The position numbers and the translations under genes are program-made. Shown piece after piece: positions 1 to 10,405 of a stretch of 64,000 nt of DNA. The stretch's first letter is position 1. Every line of letters begins with the position of its first letter. The notes beneath the pieces were generated by a model. That model saw only the letters and a list, made by a program, of their open reading frames with translations, was not told where the DNA came from and did not search any database. The stretch is from Perkinsela sp. CCAP 1560/9 (lineage: Eukaryota; Protista; Euglenozoa: Kinetoplastea): contig CBFFSA010000011.1 in the NCBI GenBank assembly GCA_965644495.1, forward strand, positions 1 to 64,000. Direction: 5' to 3'.

Positions 1-52
1 CACTTTTTTTTCAATAATCGAGTGTAGAGCGGTAGTTTTACAACCACCGCAA
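1..52 (+). mobile_element. 3' end of hairpin-ended repeat element (upstream tandem copy, truncated by window edge)
   Basis: Identical to 929-980, including terminal stem-loop GCGGTAGTT-TTAC-AACCACCGC (29-50); period 928 bp. Confidence 0.8.
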
Positions 53-980
53 TAATTTCTTTTTTAGGCTCTTCGTTAAACGCGGTGGTTGCTTTCAACG
101 TAGAAGTCACTCATGCTGCGCGCTTCGCGTTGAAAACTACCGCCGCGCTTAACGAAGAGCCTAAAAAAGAAAATTTTAGCCTGGAAAACGGAAAGATAAT
201 AGCCAAAAATAGCCGAATTTCGGGTACAAATGGGGTCATTTTCGCGTATTTTTGCTCTCAGAGCACTAAATCCGACATTCGCGCGTGGGGAAATCACTCG
301 CAGGCATGAATGAAAGCCTACCGAACGTATTGGGTAGAGAATACGACTCCAACCATACCATTCTTTCGACACAAAAAATGCCCCTTTAGGTCCGAAAAAT
401 ACTTTTTCACCTTTTTAGTCAAAATTGGGTCATTTTGAGGGCGCACCACGGTTCGAAGAAGTGATACCTTGCGAAAACAACTGCGTAGAAAGCTAGTGTA
501 GGTCCCAAACTATCAAATACAATAGGGGAAACGATTTGGAAAAATATTTTTTTTTGTCATTTTTTTCGCCAAGTTGAAATGTTTTTCAAAAAAAATTTTC
601 CGAAAAAATCCGAACTTGGCGGACCCGTCTGCGGATACGCGGGGGGTCACCCCGGGTAGGGGGGTGGAAAATGCGCGCCAAGACCCCGGCTACCCTTTCT
701 GCGGTTTTTTTTCGAAAACTAATTTTTTCGAAAAAATTTGCTCGACCAGCCCCCCCCCCCCTGGACCCCCCCCCTGGACCCCCCCCTGGACCCCCCCCAT
801 GACCCCCCCCCATGGACCCCCCATTTTTTTCAAAATTTTTTTCAGTTTTGGACCACCGGAGCCCCCTTTTATATTTTTTTCTTCTATTATATTACTGTGT
901 TCCTCTTTATATTTTCACTGTTTTTGTTCACTTTTTTTTCAATAATCGAGTGTAGAGCGGTAGTTTTACAACCACCGCAA
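53..980 (+). mobile_element. Non-coding hairpin-ended repeat element, apparently full-length copy (Helentron/HINE-like architecture)
   Basis: Long 5' inverted repeat (54-100 vs 128-175), internal GGACCCCCCC(T/A) minisatellite (~750-822), 3' stem-loop 957-978; related copies at 14.6, 39.3, 39.9 and 42.0 kb. Confidence 0.75.
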
Positions 981-1052
981 CGTTATTGTTAACTTCGGCT
1001 ATGGTTGCCATTCTATCTGATCATTACTATGACTTCATAAGATCTATCGTGG

Positions 1053-4000
1053 ATGCTGCATTTGATTTCCGATGTGACTGCAGAACATGTGGAGTATCTT
1101 TCCGAGATAGGCCAACGGTACCAAAGAAAATTACCTACTTGTGGGAAGCATCCGCCACACTGTATAGATGAGCCTGTAGGTGAACAACAGACATACTCAG
1201 CACTGAGTTCTACCGTGCTCGGGCGCGTCGTGCTGCAGGACTCGAGCCGTGTGCGATGTGCCAAACTTAAGGATATTCGACACGCAAACGACACGATGTC
1301 TCCTTATATAGAAGGAATGCCTAAGATAGATGGCTTACGGATAGGAGTGATAATATACTCTGGGCTCCACTTTGGTATTATATGTGAATCCCAAACCGAT
1401 GAACTGTTCAGCTTCCTTCTTGAAGCAGGTAAAAAAACGTGTTTTTTGTACATATTTGAAGGACTTACTTCAAAAGTTGAAGCTACCCAGGAAAGGCCGT
1501 GTATGGCGAAAGATCTGCTGCTTCCGAACGGCTCAGTAGTATGCTTCTCAACATATGAAGGCACCCATCTGTGCCAGAAACTCCAATTGGCAGGTTTAAG
1601 GTCCGTAGTTACACCGAGTGACACAGCTGGAAAAAAGCTAAATGACTCTTCCAAAGAAAAAGCCTTTCTTACTACTCTGATGGCTCGTGTGTGTGCTTCT
1701 TGGATTCAAGAGTGTGTACATTCTTCGTCGATGATTTCGGATTCCTCGGCGACGAGTCCTGAGAGTGCGTCAAATGAGGGAGTGCACCCAAAGAATTGCG
1801 TAGGGGTCCATCCCTCACCTCATGTAAAAATCTGGTTCGGAAGTCCCCACCCCGATATTGTAGCTCGCTCTCTCAAAGAGGTCGGCAACAAGGATATGAC
1901 GTACACAACATTTTGTGAAGTTTGCCCCTCCGCGTTTGGCACACGCTTACCTCCATGGTGTAGCGGTAATCAATGCGATAAGTATCATCCGCCCGATCGA
2001 CTCATTCATATATGGGGTCTAGAAAACGTAGTTCTCGTGGACAAAATCGTTACGGAAACAGAGCAACTGGGTTCATTCTTTCCAAATGTCTTACTATTGC
2101 AAAAAAATGGGGGAATAGGCACCGGACCTTACCATATGGACCCACAGACTGAAAATGACGCGCAAATGGAAGAGAGGCCACGGTACAACAATTTGTCGAA
2201 TAATAGTAATCCCAACAATGTTATTGTCCCATGTTCAACCTTGGATCGCATTCCACTGATACGAATGATGCCAATAGACGCAGAAAAACGAAGCAGGTCT
2301 GTCTCGCTGATCAAATTTCATAACATTGAGGAAAATGTTTGCCTTACTGATCCAAAAGATCAAAAAAATGAAATTCCCTTGCCTACAACAAATGCTAAGT
2401 TAGACTCTACGTACTGTGAGGCTTCACAATTCCGTTTTTCAGCAAATCCTGTGACTTCTGAAACTTTCGGAAACCGTTTGGTGCGCAGCTCTGCAGATCG
2501 CAGATTGTCAAAAGTTGTCTTTCCGAGCTTGCCCAACACGAATGGCAAGAATTCTTCAAAGGATGAAACAATAAGCAATACCACGTTCGAGGATTCCCCA
2601 TGCCTGAGTGAGTCTACTTCGAGGAAAGCAAATCGTACTCATCTCGATTTGGTTGCAAAATCGAGCGATCGCGTAACTACAGTCAGCGATGCCTTAGAGA
2701 ATGATGTCATCGCCGTTGTATCGACGCCTCATAGTGGTGTACGTAGAGACTCAATGTTTTCCGAAGAAAGTAGTCCGAAACGAGACACTGTAAAGCTAAA
2801 TCCCATTGATAAGGATGTAGCGCCTTTATGCAATGATGAAAAGGACGTTGTGGATGAGACAATAAACAATACCACGTACGAGGATTCCCCATGCCTGAGT
2901 GAGTCTACTTTGAAAAAAACAAATCGTACTCATCTGGATTTGGTTGTAAAATCGAGCGATCGCGTAACTACAGTCAGCGATGCCTTAGAGAAAGATGTCA
3001 TTGCCGTTGTATCGACGCTTCATAGTGATGTACGCAGTGACTCAATGCTTTCCGAAGAAAGTAGTCCGAAACGAGACACTGTAAAGCTAAATCCCATTGA
3101 TAAGGATGTAGCGCCTTTATACCATATAGAAAAGGACGAGCGAAGTGCTGTACAACAAGGGGAATTCTCAACGAATGATTTAGTGACGAGTAGCCCAATC
3201 GAAAATTTTACCACTCATTTGGAAGAAAAAGCAACATTGAGAGGTCGGAAAAGGAAGGAAACGCCTCCAGTTTCACAGTCTTGTGCCACGATTGAAGGAA
3301 GTATGACGGTCGGCGAAAGTCCAAAAGAAGTTCCAAAGGAAAGATCACATTTCATGCTCTTAAGAAACACCTCACGTACTGAGGTAGAAGATTCAACTAC
3401 TGAGTTGCTTCAAATTTCCCAGCGGAAGACCTCGGAAAGGAAGGTTGAACGACGTCAGATAATGCTTTCTGAAACCACGGAAGACGAAGAAGTACTACAG
3501 ACTCCGAAAAAGCAGAAGATATTAAATTTTTCGTCACCAAATGATGAGAAGAAAGTAATGAACGCACAATCGGTCAGACGTACTATGATACGCAAGCATC
3601 TGTCCGAACACAACCAAGAGCATTTTATCCCTTTTGACGACGATCTCTGCCGACTTCCGCAATTATCCAGCACTGTTTTCCTCTGGAGGAATCACTATCT
3701 ATCGCCGAATCAGTCTTTACACTTGGAACCATTCTTCGACCCTGGAAGAGCCAACCCGCTTTTGACTTGTCCACAAGATTACGAGAATATTGCCGCACGT
3801 GGGAATATTTCCGAATCGAGACCCCGGACGCAGCACTCAACAAAGAAATCCCAATGCCGAAAGGAATGCGGAAAAATGCCAGTAACAAGGGTTCACAAAG
3901 GAAAACTACAACAGACCAACGTACATCTTTGTAGTGCTCGCGAAGTGATTTTGATTAACTATGGATCTTCTGCCTTTTCTGTCTCAAAGGGGGAGGACTC

Positions 4001-5843
4001 GGCTATACCCTCCTTGGTGCTCCCGAAGGATAAAGAGCTTCGAGATTTTATCTCCCACGTTTCCTACTGCTGTGCGATTCCGACTCTAGAGGCCCGAGCT
4101 CGTGCACTCGCCGCGGAGGTTTGTCTGCGGCTCGGGGGCAGATCTGACCACAACCCGGAACAATTTGACGAGGAAGCAGAGCGACACGTTCTTTCCAAAC
4201 GGATCAATGCTTCTACTGGTGCTCCACGTGCTTGTGTGTCCCTCGGGACGCTTCGCCTGGGACTCTGTCGTCACCGCACTCTCCTGTTCAAACTCCTCTG
4301 TGACCTGTTTGAGGTTCCGTGCTACATGATTCGCGGCGCGGTGCATGAAGGGAACGATGCCCCCAACACCACCGCCCCAGACCCCGGCGCCATTCACCAC
4401 CGACACTCCTGGAACGTGGTCCGCATAAGTGCCGAGGTCGGTCCCCTCCCGCACCGTGCCCCCTCCCATGACCCTCTCACCGACTGGCGTCTCGTCGACC
4501 TCATGCTCCACGGTCCCCAACTCCACCCCCTCTCCACCCTCCCGGAACACTACCTCTTCCCCCACACCCCTTTCCTGGAGTGGTCCCGTGCCGTGATCGC
4601 GGGTCAACCCCTGTCCTCCACCCAACATGCCCTCCCCGCTCGTCTGCCCCAACATATACCCCTCCCCCACCCCTCCCCTTTCCGCTCCCTCGCCCCCCTC
4701 GCCCTCCTCCCCCACCCCCTCCCCCACAACCGCCCCTCCCCCTCCCCCCTCACCCTCGAGCGCCCCTGTGGCTACGGCGTCACCGGGGTAGTCTACAAGG
4801 CCTCCCTCTCGGGGTACACCGTCGCGGTGAAGACCATGCGGGCCTCAAGGCGTTCTACCACAACCCCCCCCTCGCTCCCCCCCGCGCTCCACAACGAGTA
4901 CCGCTGGCTCCACGCCCTGCGCCACTCCCCCCACGTGATCTCCGTGCTCGGGGTCCACACCGACGCCACCGCCTCCAGCCTCTACCTCGAGTTCCGCACG
5001 CACAGCCTGCTGTGGCTGCTGAACATGCGGCGGGAGGGGCTGGACCCCGGGGCGGTGCTCGCGGTGGGGCTCGGGGTGGGGGCGGGGCTGGTGGGGCTGC
5101 ACGGGCTCGGGGGGGTGCACCGGGACGTGAAGGCGGAGAACGTGCTGCTGGAGGCGTACCCGAGGGAGGTACGGGCGCTGGACCTGCCCCCGGAGGAGGG
5201 GGGGTGTGAGATTCGGTGTGTGCAGCTGTGTGATTTTATGGAGGCGTGTGAGGCGGGGCGGACGCCGGAGATGGATGAGGAGGGGTGGGGGAGGGAGGGG
5301 AGGGGGGAGGGGGAGGGGGAGCAGGGGGTGCCAGAGAGTTCTCGGGTGACGGGGAAACGAATGGTGTGTGCGGTGACGGGGACGGAGCCGTATATGGCCC
5401 CGGAGATTTTGCATAACGCGGGGGTCCAGATGCCGCATTTGGGGAGGAAGGGGAAGTGTGCGAACCCGGTGGTGTGGCAGCCCTCCGCGGATATCTGGGC
5501 CCTTGGCGTGTTGCTCTGTGAGGTGTGTAATCTGGAGCTCACCACCAGTGCCTCGTTGACGAAGGAAAATGCGCGGGAGGGGGGAAAACGGAGGTCCAAG
5601 AATGAACGGTTTGTCGCGCGTACAGTGTCATTCACGCTGGCGAATGGAAAGGCAAAGTCGATTGTGATTCCACAACTCCGAGATCCAGATCACTGGCCCC
5701 CGATTCTGGTGGAGGTTATAGAAAGATGTCTGGAGCTCAATCCCTCGAAGCGTATAACGGCGAAAAGGGTGGTATCCCAATTGAAAGTTTTAAAAAGGAA
5801 GAATACGCTAAATGATGCTACCTCGACGGATGTGTCGAGGTAG
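1053..5843 (+). CDS. Protein kinase with EDR1/CTR1-type (transglutaminase-like) domain preceding a C-terminal kinase domain
   Basis: GLCRHRTLLFKLLCD..PCYMIRG..HSWN..LVDLM, then GYGVTG, VAVK, HRDVKAEN, CDFM (DFG variant), YMAPE, ADIWALG. Confidence 0.85.
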   Translation: MLHLISDVTAEHVEYLSEIGQRYQRKLPTCGKHPPHCIDEPVGEQQTYSALSSTVLGRVVLQDSSRVRCAKLKDIRHANDTMSPYIEGMPKIDGLRIGVIIYSGLHFGIICESQTDELFSFLLEAGKKTCFLYIFEGLTSKVEATQERPCMAKDLLLPNGSVVCFSTYEGTHLCQKLQLAGLRSVVTPSDTAGKKLNDSSKEKAFLTTLMARVCASWIQECVHSSSMISDSSATSPESASNEGVHPKNCVGVHPSPHVKIWFGSPHPDIVARSLKEVGNKDMTYTTFCEVCPSAFGTRLPPWCSGNQCDKYHPPDRLIHIWGLENVVLVDKIVTETEQLGSFFPNVLLLQKNGGIGTGPYHMDPQTENDAQMEERPRYNNLSNNSNPNNVIVPCSTLDRIPLIRMMPIDAEKRSRSVSLIKFHNIEENVCLTDPKDQKNEIPLPTTNAKLDSTYCEASQFRFSANPVTSETFGNRLVRSSADRRLSKVVFPSLPNTNGKNSSKDETISNTTFEDSPCLSESTSRKANRTHLDLVAKSSDRVTTVSDALENDVIAVVSTPHSGVRRDSMFSEESSPKRDTVKLNPIDKDVAPLCNDEKDVVDETINNTTYEDSPCLSESTLKKTNRTHLDLVVKSSDRVTTVSDALEKDVIAVVSTLHSDVRSDSMLSEESSPKRDTVKLNPIDKDVAPLYHIEKDERSAVQQGEFSTNDLVTSSPIENFTTHLEEKATLRGRKRKETPPVSQSCATIEGSMTVGESPKEVPKERSHFMLLRNTSRTEVEDSTTELLQISQRKTSERKVERRQIMLSETTEDEEVLQTPKKQKILNFSSPNDEKKVMNAQSVRRTMIRKHLSEHNQEHFIPFDDDLCRLPQLSSTVFLWRNHYLSPNQSLHLEPFFDPGRANPLLTCPQDYENIAARGNISESRPRTQHSTKKSQCRKECGKMPVTRVHKGKLQQTNVHLCSAREVILINYGSSAFSVSKGEDSAIPSLVLPKDKELRDFISHVSYCCAIPTLEARARALAAEVCLRLGGRSDHNPEQFDEEAERHVLSKRINASTGAPRACVSLGTLRLGLCRHRTLLFKLLCDLFEVPCYMIRGAVHEGNDAPNTTAPDPGAIHHRHSWNVVRISAEVGPLPHRAPSHDPLTDWRLVDLMLHGPQLHPLSTLPEHYLFPHTPFLEWSRAVIAGQPLSSTQHALPARLPQHIPLPHPSPFRSLAPLALLPHPLPHNRPSPSPLTLERPCGYGVTGVVYKASLSGYTVAVKTMRASRRSTTTPPSLPPALHNEYRWLHALRHSPHVISVLGVHTDATASSLYLEFRTHSLLWLLNMRREGLDPGAVLAVGLGVGAGLVGLHGLGGVHRDVKAENVLLEAYPREVRALDLPPEEGGCEIRCVQLCDFMEACEAGRTPEMDEEGWGREGRGEGEGEQGVPESSRVTGKRMVCAVTGTEPYMAPEILHNAGVQMPHLGRKGKCANPVVWQPSADIWALGVLLCEVCNLELTTSASLTKENAREGGKRRSKNERFVARTVSFTLANGKAKSIVIPQLRDPDHWPPILVEVIERCLELNPSKRITAKRVVSQLKVLKRKNTLNDATSTDVSR
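2562..3137 (+). repeat. Two in-frame tandem copies of a 291-bp (97 aa) unit inside the kinase gene
   Basis: DETISNTTFEDSPCLSES...KDVAPL repeated with offset 291. Confidence 0.9.
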
Positions 5844-6110
5844 TGGGGCTCGTAGGGGGCTGTGTAGTAGACTGGGGGTTGTGAGTAAACATACGAGACT
5901 AGGAGCAGGCTTGTGTAAGCTCCGGTTTCCTGTACTGATCGTAAGAGGCTAAGGTCGTATGTCCGTCTAAGGTGCTTAATGTTTGTCTAATGTACCGTAA
6001 TCTATAGCTATCAGATTTTTTCGTGTTTTTTGTTCTACGCGTTACAATATTTTAGCGCGATTGGTATTCTTAAAAAATCTATGTTTTAATGTTTTGTACA
6101 TACTTTACGA

Positions 6111-6863
6111 ATGGAATCTACGACTGCCATCAAAAACGCCCACAATGGACTCTACGAACAACTGGACTCCCTGTCATATGGATTAACGCAACTCGTTTCC
6201 GTCGATAAAGGTCGAAAAGGAAAGCGTTTTCGAGAAGAGAACTCGGTGAGTTCCTCACATGTAGAGGTGATGTCGATGTGCTTCCGTGCACTAGCGACGC
6301 AGGGAATGGTTCCATTTGCGCCATCCATTCGCGCGGAGCTCCGTGACTTGTTTAAAGGCCGAGACATTGATCCGAGTTCGCTTGCGGGTTTTCTTCTTAA
6401 CGGCACTGGGCTGCACTCTCGTACGCGTCATGAAACAGACTCCACAAAGAAGCTAAGAAAAGAAAAGCGAGCACTCCTATGTGTGTCTATCACACGTGTA
6501 CTGTTGTATTACATAAGTGAGTTGCATAGTTGTTACGAAGTTTTTTGTGACCCCATGAGTGCAGTTCTGGGAACACAAGGCACTGCTAGAGTTAAGACCA
6601 ATGGTGGTCAAAAAAGACTTGCGATTTGGCACTCCATCCGAACGTTTGCCTCCGTTGTGCGAAAAACAGAACAAAAATATCTGCAAAGGCAAGCTGTGAA
6701 GCATCAAACGGAAGTACTTTCAAGCACTACATCTCAATTAAGTATATCCACACCCCAAGGTTGGCAACAAATAGAAACTCTGCAAGTCGGTCTAAGATAT
6801 ATTTTGCCGTTCTTAAAACACTTGCCGGACTTTAGCACGCATTTTCCCCAATCATTCGTTTGA
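6111..6863 (+). CDS. Hypothetical protein
   Basis: 250-aa ATG ORF on the cluster strand; no motif recognised. Confidence 0.6.
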   Translation: MESTTAIKNAHNGLYEQLDSLSYGLTQLVSVDKGRKGKRFREENSVSSSHVEVMSMCFRALATQGMVPFAPSIRAELRDLFKGRDIDPSSLAGFLLNGTGLHSRTRHETDSTKKLRKEKRALLCVSITRVLLYYISELHSCYEVFCDPMSAVLGTQGTARVKTNGGQKRLAIWHSIRTFASVVRKTEQKYLQRQAVKHQTEVLSSTTSQLSISTPQGWQQIETLQVGLRYILPFLKHLPDFSTHFPQSFV

Positions 6864-7202
6864 AATTAGAAAAGGGTTCAGAAGCACATTAAGATGCCAC
6901 GAACACATCATACAAGAATTTTGCGAGCTGTATGAAAAGCGAATCCTTTCGTACGTTTCACTAATACACTGTACTCTTTTACTAAAATTATTTTAACTGC
7001 GTTATTTCTTGCTGTTTATCTTGCCATTGGACATAGTTTTACGTTAATCTTACGTTACTTTTACGTAGTTGGTCATCAGTTTCAAGGAAAATAAGGCTTT
7101 GACTCCCATAAATACCTTTTACCATTCAATCGTTTAGTAAAGTATCTGAGGTGTTTTGGATAAAGAGTATTATTCTTTGATCTCATATCCTATTTCCTCA
7201 TC

Positions 7203-7499
7203 ATGTCCGCAGTCTTAGCGACGTCTGTTTTTGAAATGAACGGAGGCAAACGATTAGTACCGGACACCGAAGAAGAGGAGTCCTATCACTATGAAACCGT
7301 TGAGCTAGGAGAGATGCAATTCGTAGCTCAACGTGATTTGTTCCGCTATGAGTGCCCTTGTGGCGATTGGTTTGAAATTAGTGCGGAGGAAATTCTGAAT
7401 GGAAGCCGTGTGGCTCAGTGCCCGACATGCTCGCTTACGATATGGGTGACACCGAGCCGGGATGTCTCGGGATATCTTACATCGTTGGGACGAAGGTGA
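7203..7499 (+). CDS. DPH3: Diphthamide biosynthesis protein 3 (CSL zinc finger)
   Basis: YECPCGDWF.IS...NG..VAQCPTCSLTI. Confidence 0.9.
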   Translation: MSAVLATSVFEMNGGKRLVPDTEEEESYHYETVELGEMQFVAQRDLFRYECPCGDWFEISAEEILNGSRVAQCPTCSLTIWVTPSRDVSGYLTSLGRR

Positions 7500-7602
7500 A
7501 TGACCTTCAAAAATTAACTTTTGATGAAAAATGTATTCAAAAATGTGTTCCGTATTGGATGATTGAACGTCTGATTCTTTGAATACGTATTCTTGTTAGC
7601 GA

Positions 7603-7720
7603 AGAATGCTCGAAGAATTATTAACAATAAACGAGCCCTTTATACAGCCCTTTATACAGCCCTCTATACGAGCCCTGTACTAAAATTGTACCAATAGTAA
7701 TACAGTATTACTAATACTAC
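7603..7720 (+). repeat. Dispersed repeat with internal (AGCCCTTTATAC)n, also at 24777-24868
   Basis: AGAATGCTCGAAGAATT.TTAACAATAAACGA.CCCTTTATACAGCCC...CGAGCCCTGTACTAAAATTGTACCAATAG shared by both loci. Confidence 0.8.
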
Positions 7721-7840
7721 TATTTCTAGTAAGGATAGTACCGTGCACGCAGTATTTTTTGCACGTAGTATACACATATCTAAACAGCAAAGTCTACATT
7801 TGTAGTTTCACACAAATATTAGATTTGTAGAATTTTCTAT

Positions 7841-7936
7841 TTTTCCTGAAGGTTTTCTAATGCAACGTGTGTCTACGTTGGACGACACTTCCGATCTGCG
7901 TCGAGGTTCAGTTACCTCGTTGCTAATGCCCAAGAG
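7841..7936 (+). pseudogene. 5' fragment of the LRR gene family (MQRVSTLDDTSDLRRG.VTSLL.P)
   Basis: Near-identical to 31608-31702 including upstream CTGAAGGTTTTCTA; breaks off after ~25 codons. Confidence 0.85.
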
Positions 7937-8007
7937 GTGTACAACATAACAAGTACACCTACACACACACATCGGTTGGACTTGAAATTCTCAAGTCTCA
8001 TCATCAT

Positions 8008-8130
8008 AGCCATCTCATCATGGCTTTAGGAGTAGCCATGCAGAGGGGGAACGCTCAGATAGCGAATGCCGCCGTACAAAATTAGTCCTGAAGGGGCGTG
8101 CGCTAACTGGGCTTTGGGGATAAAATAAAT
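8008..8130 (+). mobile_element. Severely 5'-truncated CRE-clade retrotransposon 3' end
   Basis: Aligns with 30189-30300 (SHLIMA.GVA.Q.GNAQIA.AAVQN...GVR*), followed by A-rich tail. Confidence 0.85.
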
Positions 8131-8401
8131 ATAATTACACATAACCATATGAGGGGCTGCGGGTCGCGGGTTCGGTGCGAGTTCGGCGCGGGTTGAAAAA
8201 AAATCTTCTGAAAGCATGCGAAATTAGTCGGAGCTGCAGACATTGAAGGAGAAAAATAGTTAGATCGAAGGAGAAATCATAATGTGCGACATACATAGTG
8301 TACATAATATACGATAATAACAAAAATTTATAAGCCATGTATACGATATGACTACGTAGTTTACATTTCGCAATTCATGGAAAACGACTAGATACTTAAT
8401 T

Positions 8402-9498
8402 TTATTTAGTTTTTGATCCGTACTGTGGTTTCTTGGGAACATATCCCACATCGTATATGTGTTCTTTGAGCCAATCCCTCCGTTCATCAATCGGTTTGAC
8501 TAAACCACACCCTTTGCTACACCAACAAAAAGATGAGTCATCGATATTTTGTAAGTGTACATTTATTTCACTATCAAAGTCGTATTGGGGTTCTGATGCA
8601 AGCAAACCATACACTGCAACAGATACAATCTGAACGACATCCTTTACCCACGTAATATCGTGGTCCGTTCCATGAAAAAAACGAAATTTATCGAAATGAG
8701 CGAAACAACGCTCGATTCTTGAACGAATCCAAGAATGCATACGTTTGAACCGATCCTGGTGTTCATCAAGGCAACCTTTGCGTGGTGCTTTGAATGGAAC
8801 AAAACAGTGGTTGCAACCCACGTATCCTAGATCCGCCAAAAACATTTCATCTTCATGATGGTCAAAAAGAAATGTTCCGTGCGTGGTTCTTTCTTTATAA
8901 ATTTTCGCATCATGTACACTGCCCGGAACGGGTCCGCGAAAAAAATAGGGACTCCGGCAAGCGTAAGCCAGAACTCCACTTTAAAACAGTGTTCCCTGTG
9001 CTTGCCGGAGTAGGTCGCATCTTTTTTTCTCATTTCCTGAGAGGCTTCGTCCCATACGTCCCGCGGTTTCCTTGCACGACATGGGATTGTCGTAACGTCC
9101 ATCATACATGTCACGTCAGACATCCAAGATACCCCATGCTTGAAACGAAGTTTCGGATTCATTAAAGCAGGAGAGCGACAAAGATCAGCGATGCGGCTAA
9201 AGTCATCGCGGAGAGTCCTGATGGGTAGAGGAGGAGTTTCGGGAGCAATCCAGATGGGCTGTAAATCATACAGTTGCTCCCATGTGCAGTTCAAAACGCA
9301 CATAGCTAAGGAAGAGCTAAGGCGTCTGAGATCAGTGTCCGTGGCGACAAGAGGACTTGCTCTCTGTAGCTCAAGAAAAAAATCTGTGAGTTGCTCTCTG
9401 GTAATGCCGTACATGATAGAATTGCAGGATAAAATATCGCCTAGAGAGAAAACAAAAAGTAAGATGACATTCATGGGTAAGATACCTAACTTATTCAT
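8402..9498 (-). pseudogene. DDE_Tnp_4-type (IS5/PIF/ISL2EU) transposase, split by one frameshift near 8925
   Basis: MDVTTIP, YSGKHREHCFK, frameshift, GSVHDAKIY, FLADLGYVG, VPFK, RSRIERCF. Confidence 0.85.
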
Positions 9499-9538
9499 GA
9501 TACAAGATGCATGATATATCTAAAAAAAGAATGATATA

Positions 9539-10290
9539 CATGGGTGGGCACCTTCAGAGTGGGGGGGTCTAAAATTCGTAAAACTTGTTCAATTTTGGAA
9601 AGTAATAGCGCATTCGAGAGCTCTCAAATAGTCTGGTGTAATCGTAAAAAGCACTCTGCGAAAGTTTACGGGAATCAAAGAAAGCTAGAATGGTCCCAAA
9701 CACGAATTGCAACTTTATTTTTTAAGCGAAAAAGTCCTTTTTTTCCAAAAAAAATCTCAGTACCCACAATTTCCCCCTTTTTTCTCAATAACGATTTGAA
9801 AGCGCTTGGAGACACTCTTTATGGTCTTCACGCAAGTACTTTTGAGATCGGTTTGAAGTGCCTCGTATGCACTCTCGATAGAAGAGAGGAGATCTTCTAT
9901 CTCTCGATAGAAGAGAGAATGCTGTAGCATTGTAGGACCCAGAACGAAAGTAATGGTCTACGAGAAGCATGCGATGCGACGGCCTTACCTTCCCAGGTGG
10001 TGAATAAGCATCTCTCTGGAAAGGAAACCGTGATGTTCGCGATCGTACACGTTTCTGAGGCATTAACGGCGCAAAAAAACTAAAAAAAGCCAAAAAAACT
10101 GAAAAATTGCATCTTCGGGGAAAAATAAATTCCTTGTTTTTCTGTCATTTATCTCGAATGTCTAAAAACGGGAAACGGATGTTGCCATTACACCAGACTA
10201 CTTGAGAGCTCTCGAATGCGCTATTACTTTCCAAAATTGGTCAAGTTTTACGAATTTTAGACCCCCCCACTCTGAAGGCGCCCACCCCTG
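9539..10290. mobile_element. Tc1/mariner-type internally deleted element (MITE) nested in the Harbinger-like transposon
   Basis: ~100-bp TIRs CA(T/G)GGGTGGGC.CCTTCAGAGTGGGGGGGTCT..., TA on both flanks (9537-38, 10291-92); possible transposase N-terminal relic (HRMLLVDHYFRSGSYNATA) on -. Confidence 0.9.
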
Positions 10291-10405
10291 TATAAAGGTT
10301 AGCACTTCAAACTTCAAAAAAAACGAGCTTATCACTTCTCTTGAATTACAACTCTTTCTCTTATGTACGCTTTGCGGGGGAAACGTTCGCTTCTGCGAGG
10401 GAAAA

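Noticed and set aside
54-175. Integron attC-like hairpin (GTTAAAC and GCTTAAC present)
   Set aside because: Core sites are in the reverse order to attC, there is no cassette or integrase, and the context is eukaryotic
574-992. Pro/Gly/Phe-rich ORFs in the hairpin-ended element (also 14811-15213 and 41860-42223)
   Set aside because: Products of C-tract and T-rich repeat sequence; frames are not conserved between copies
4086-5635. Long antisense and alternate-frame ORFs over GC-skew islands (also 17.1-21.1 kb and 49.2-50.5 kb)
   Set aside because: Stop-codon depletion from extreme GC content; they overlap well-supported + strand genes
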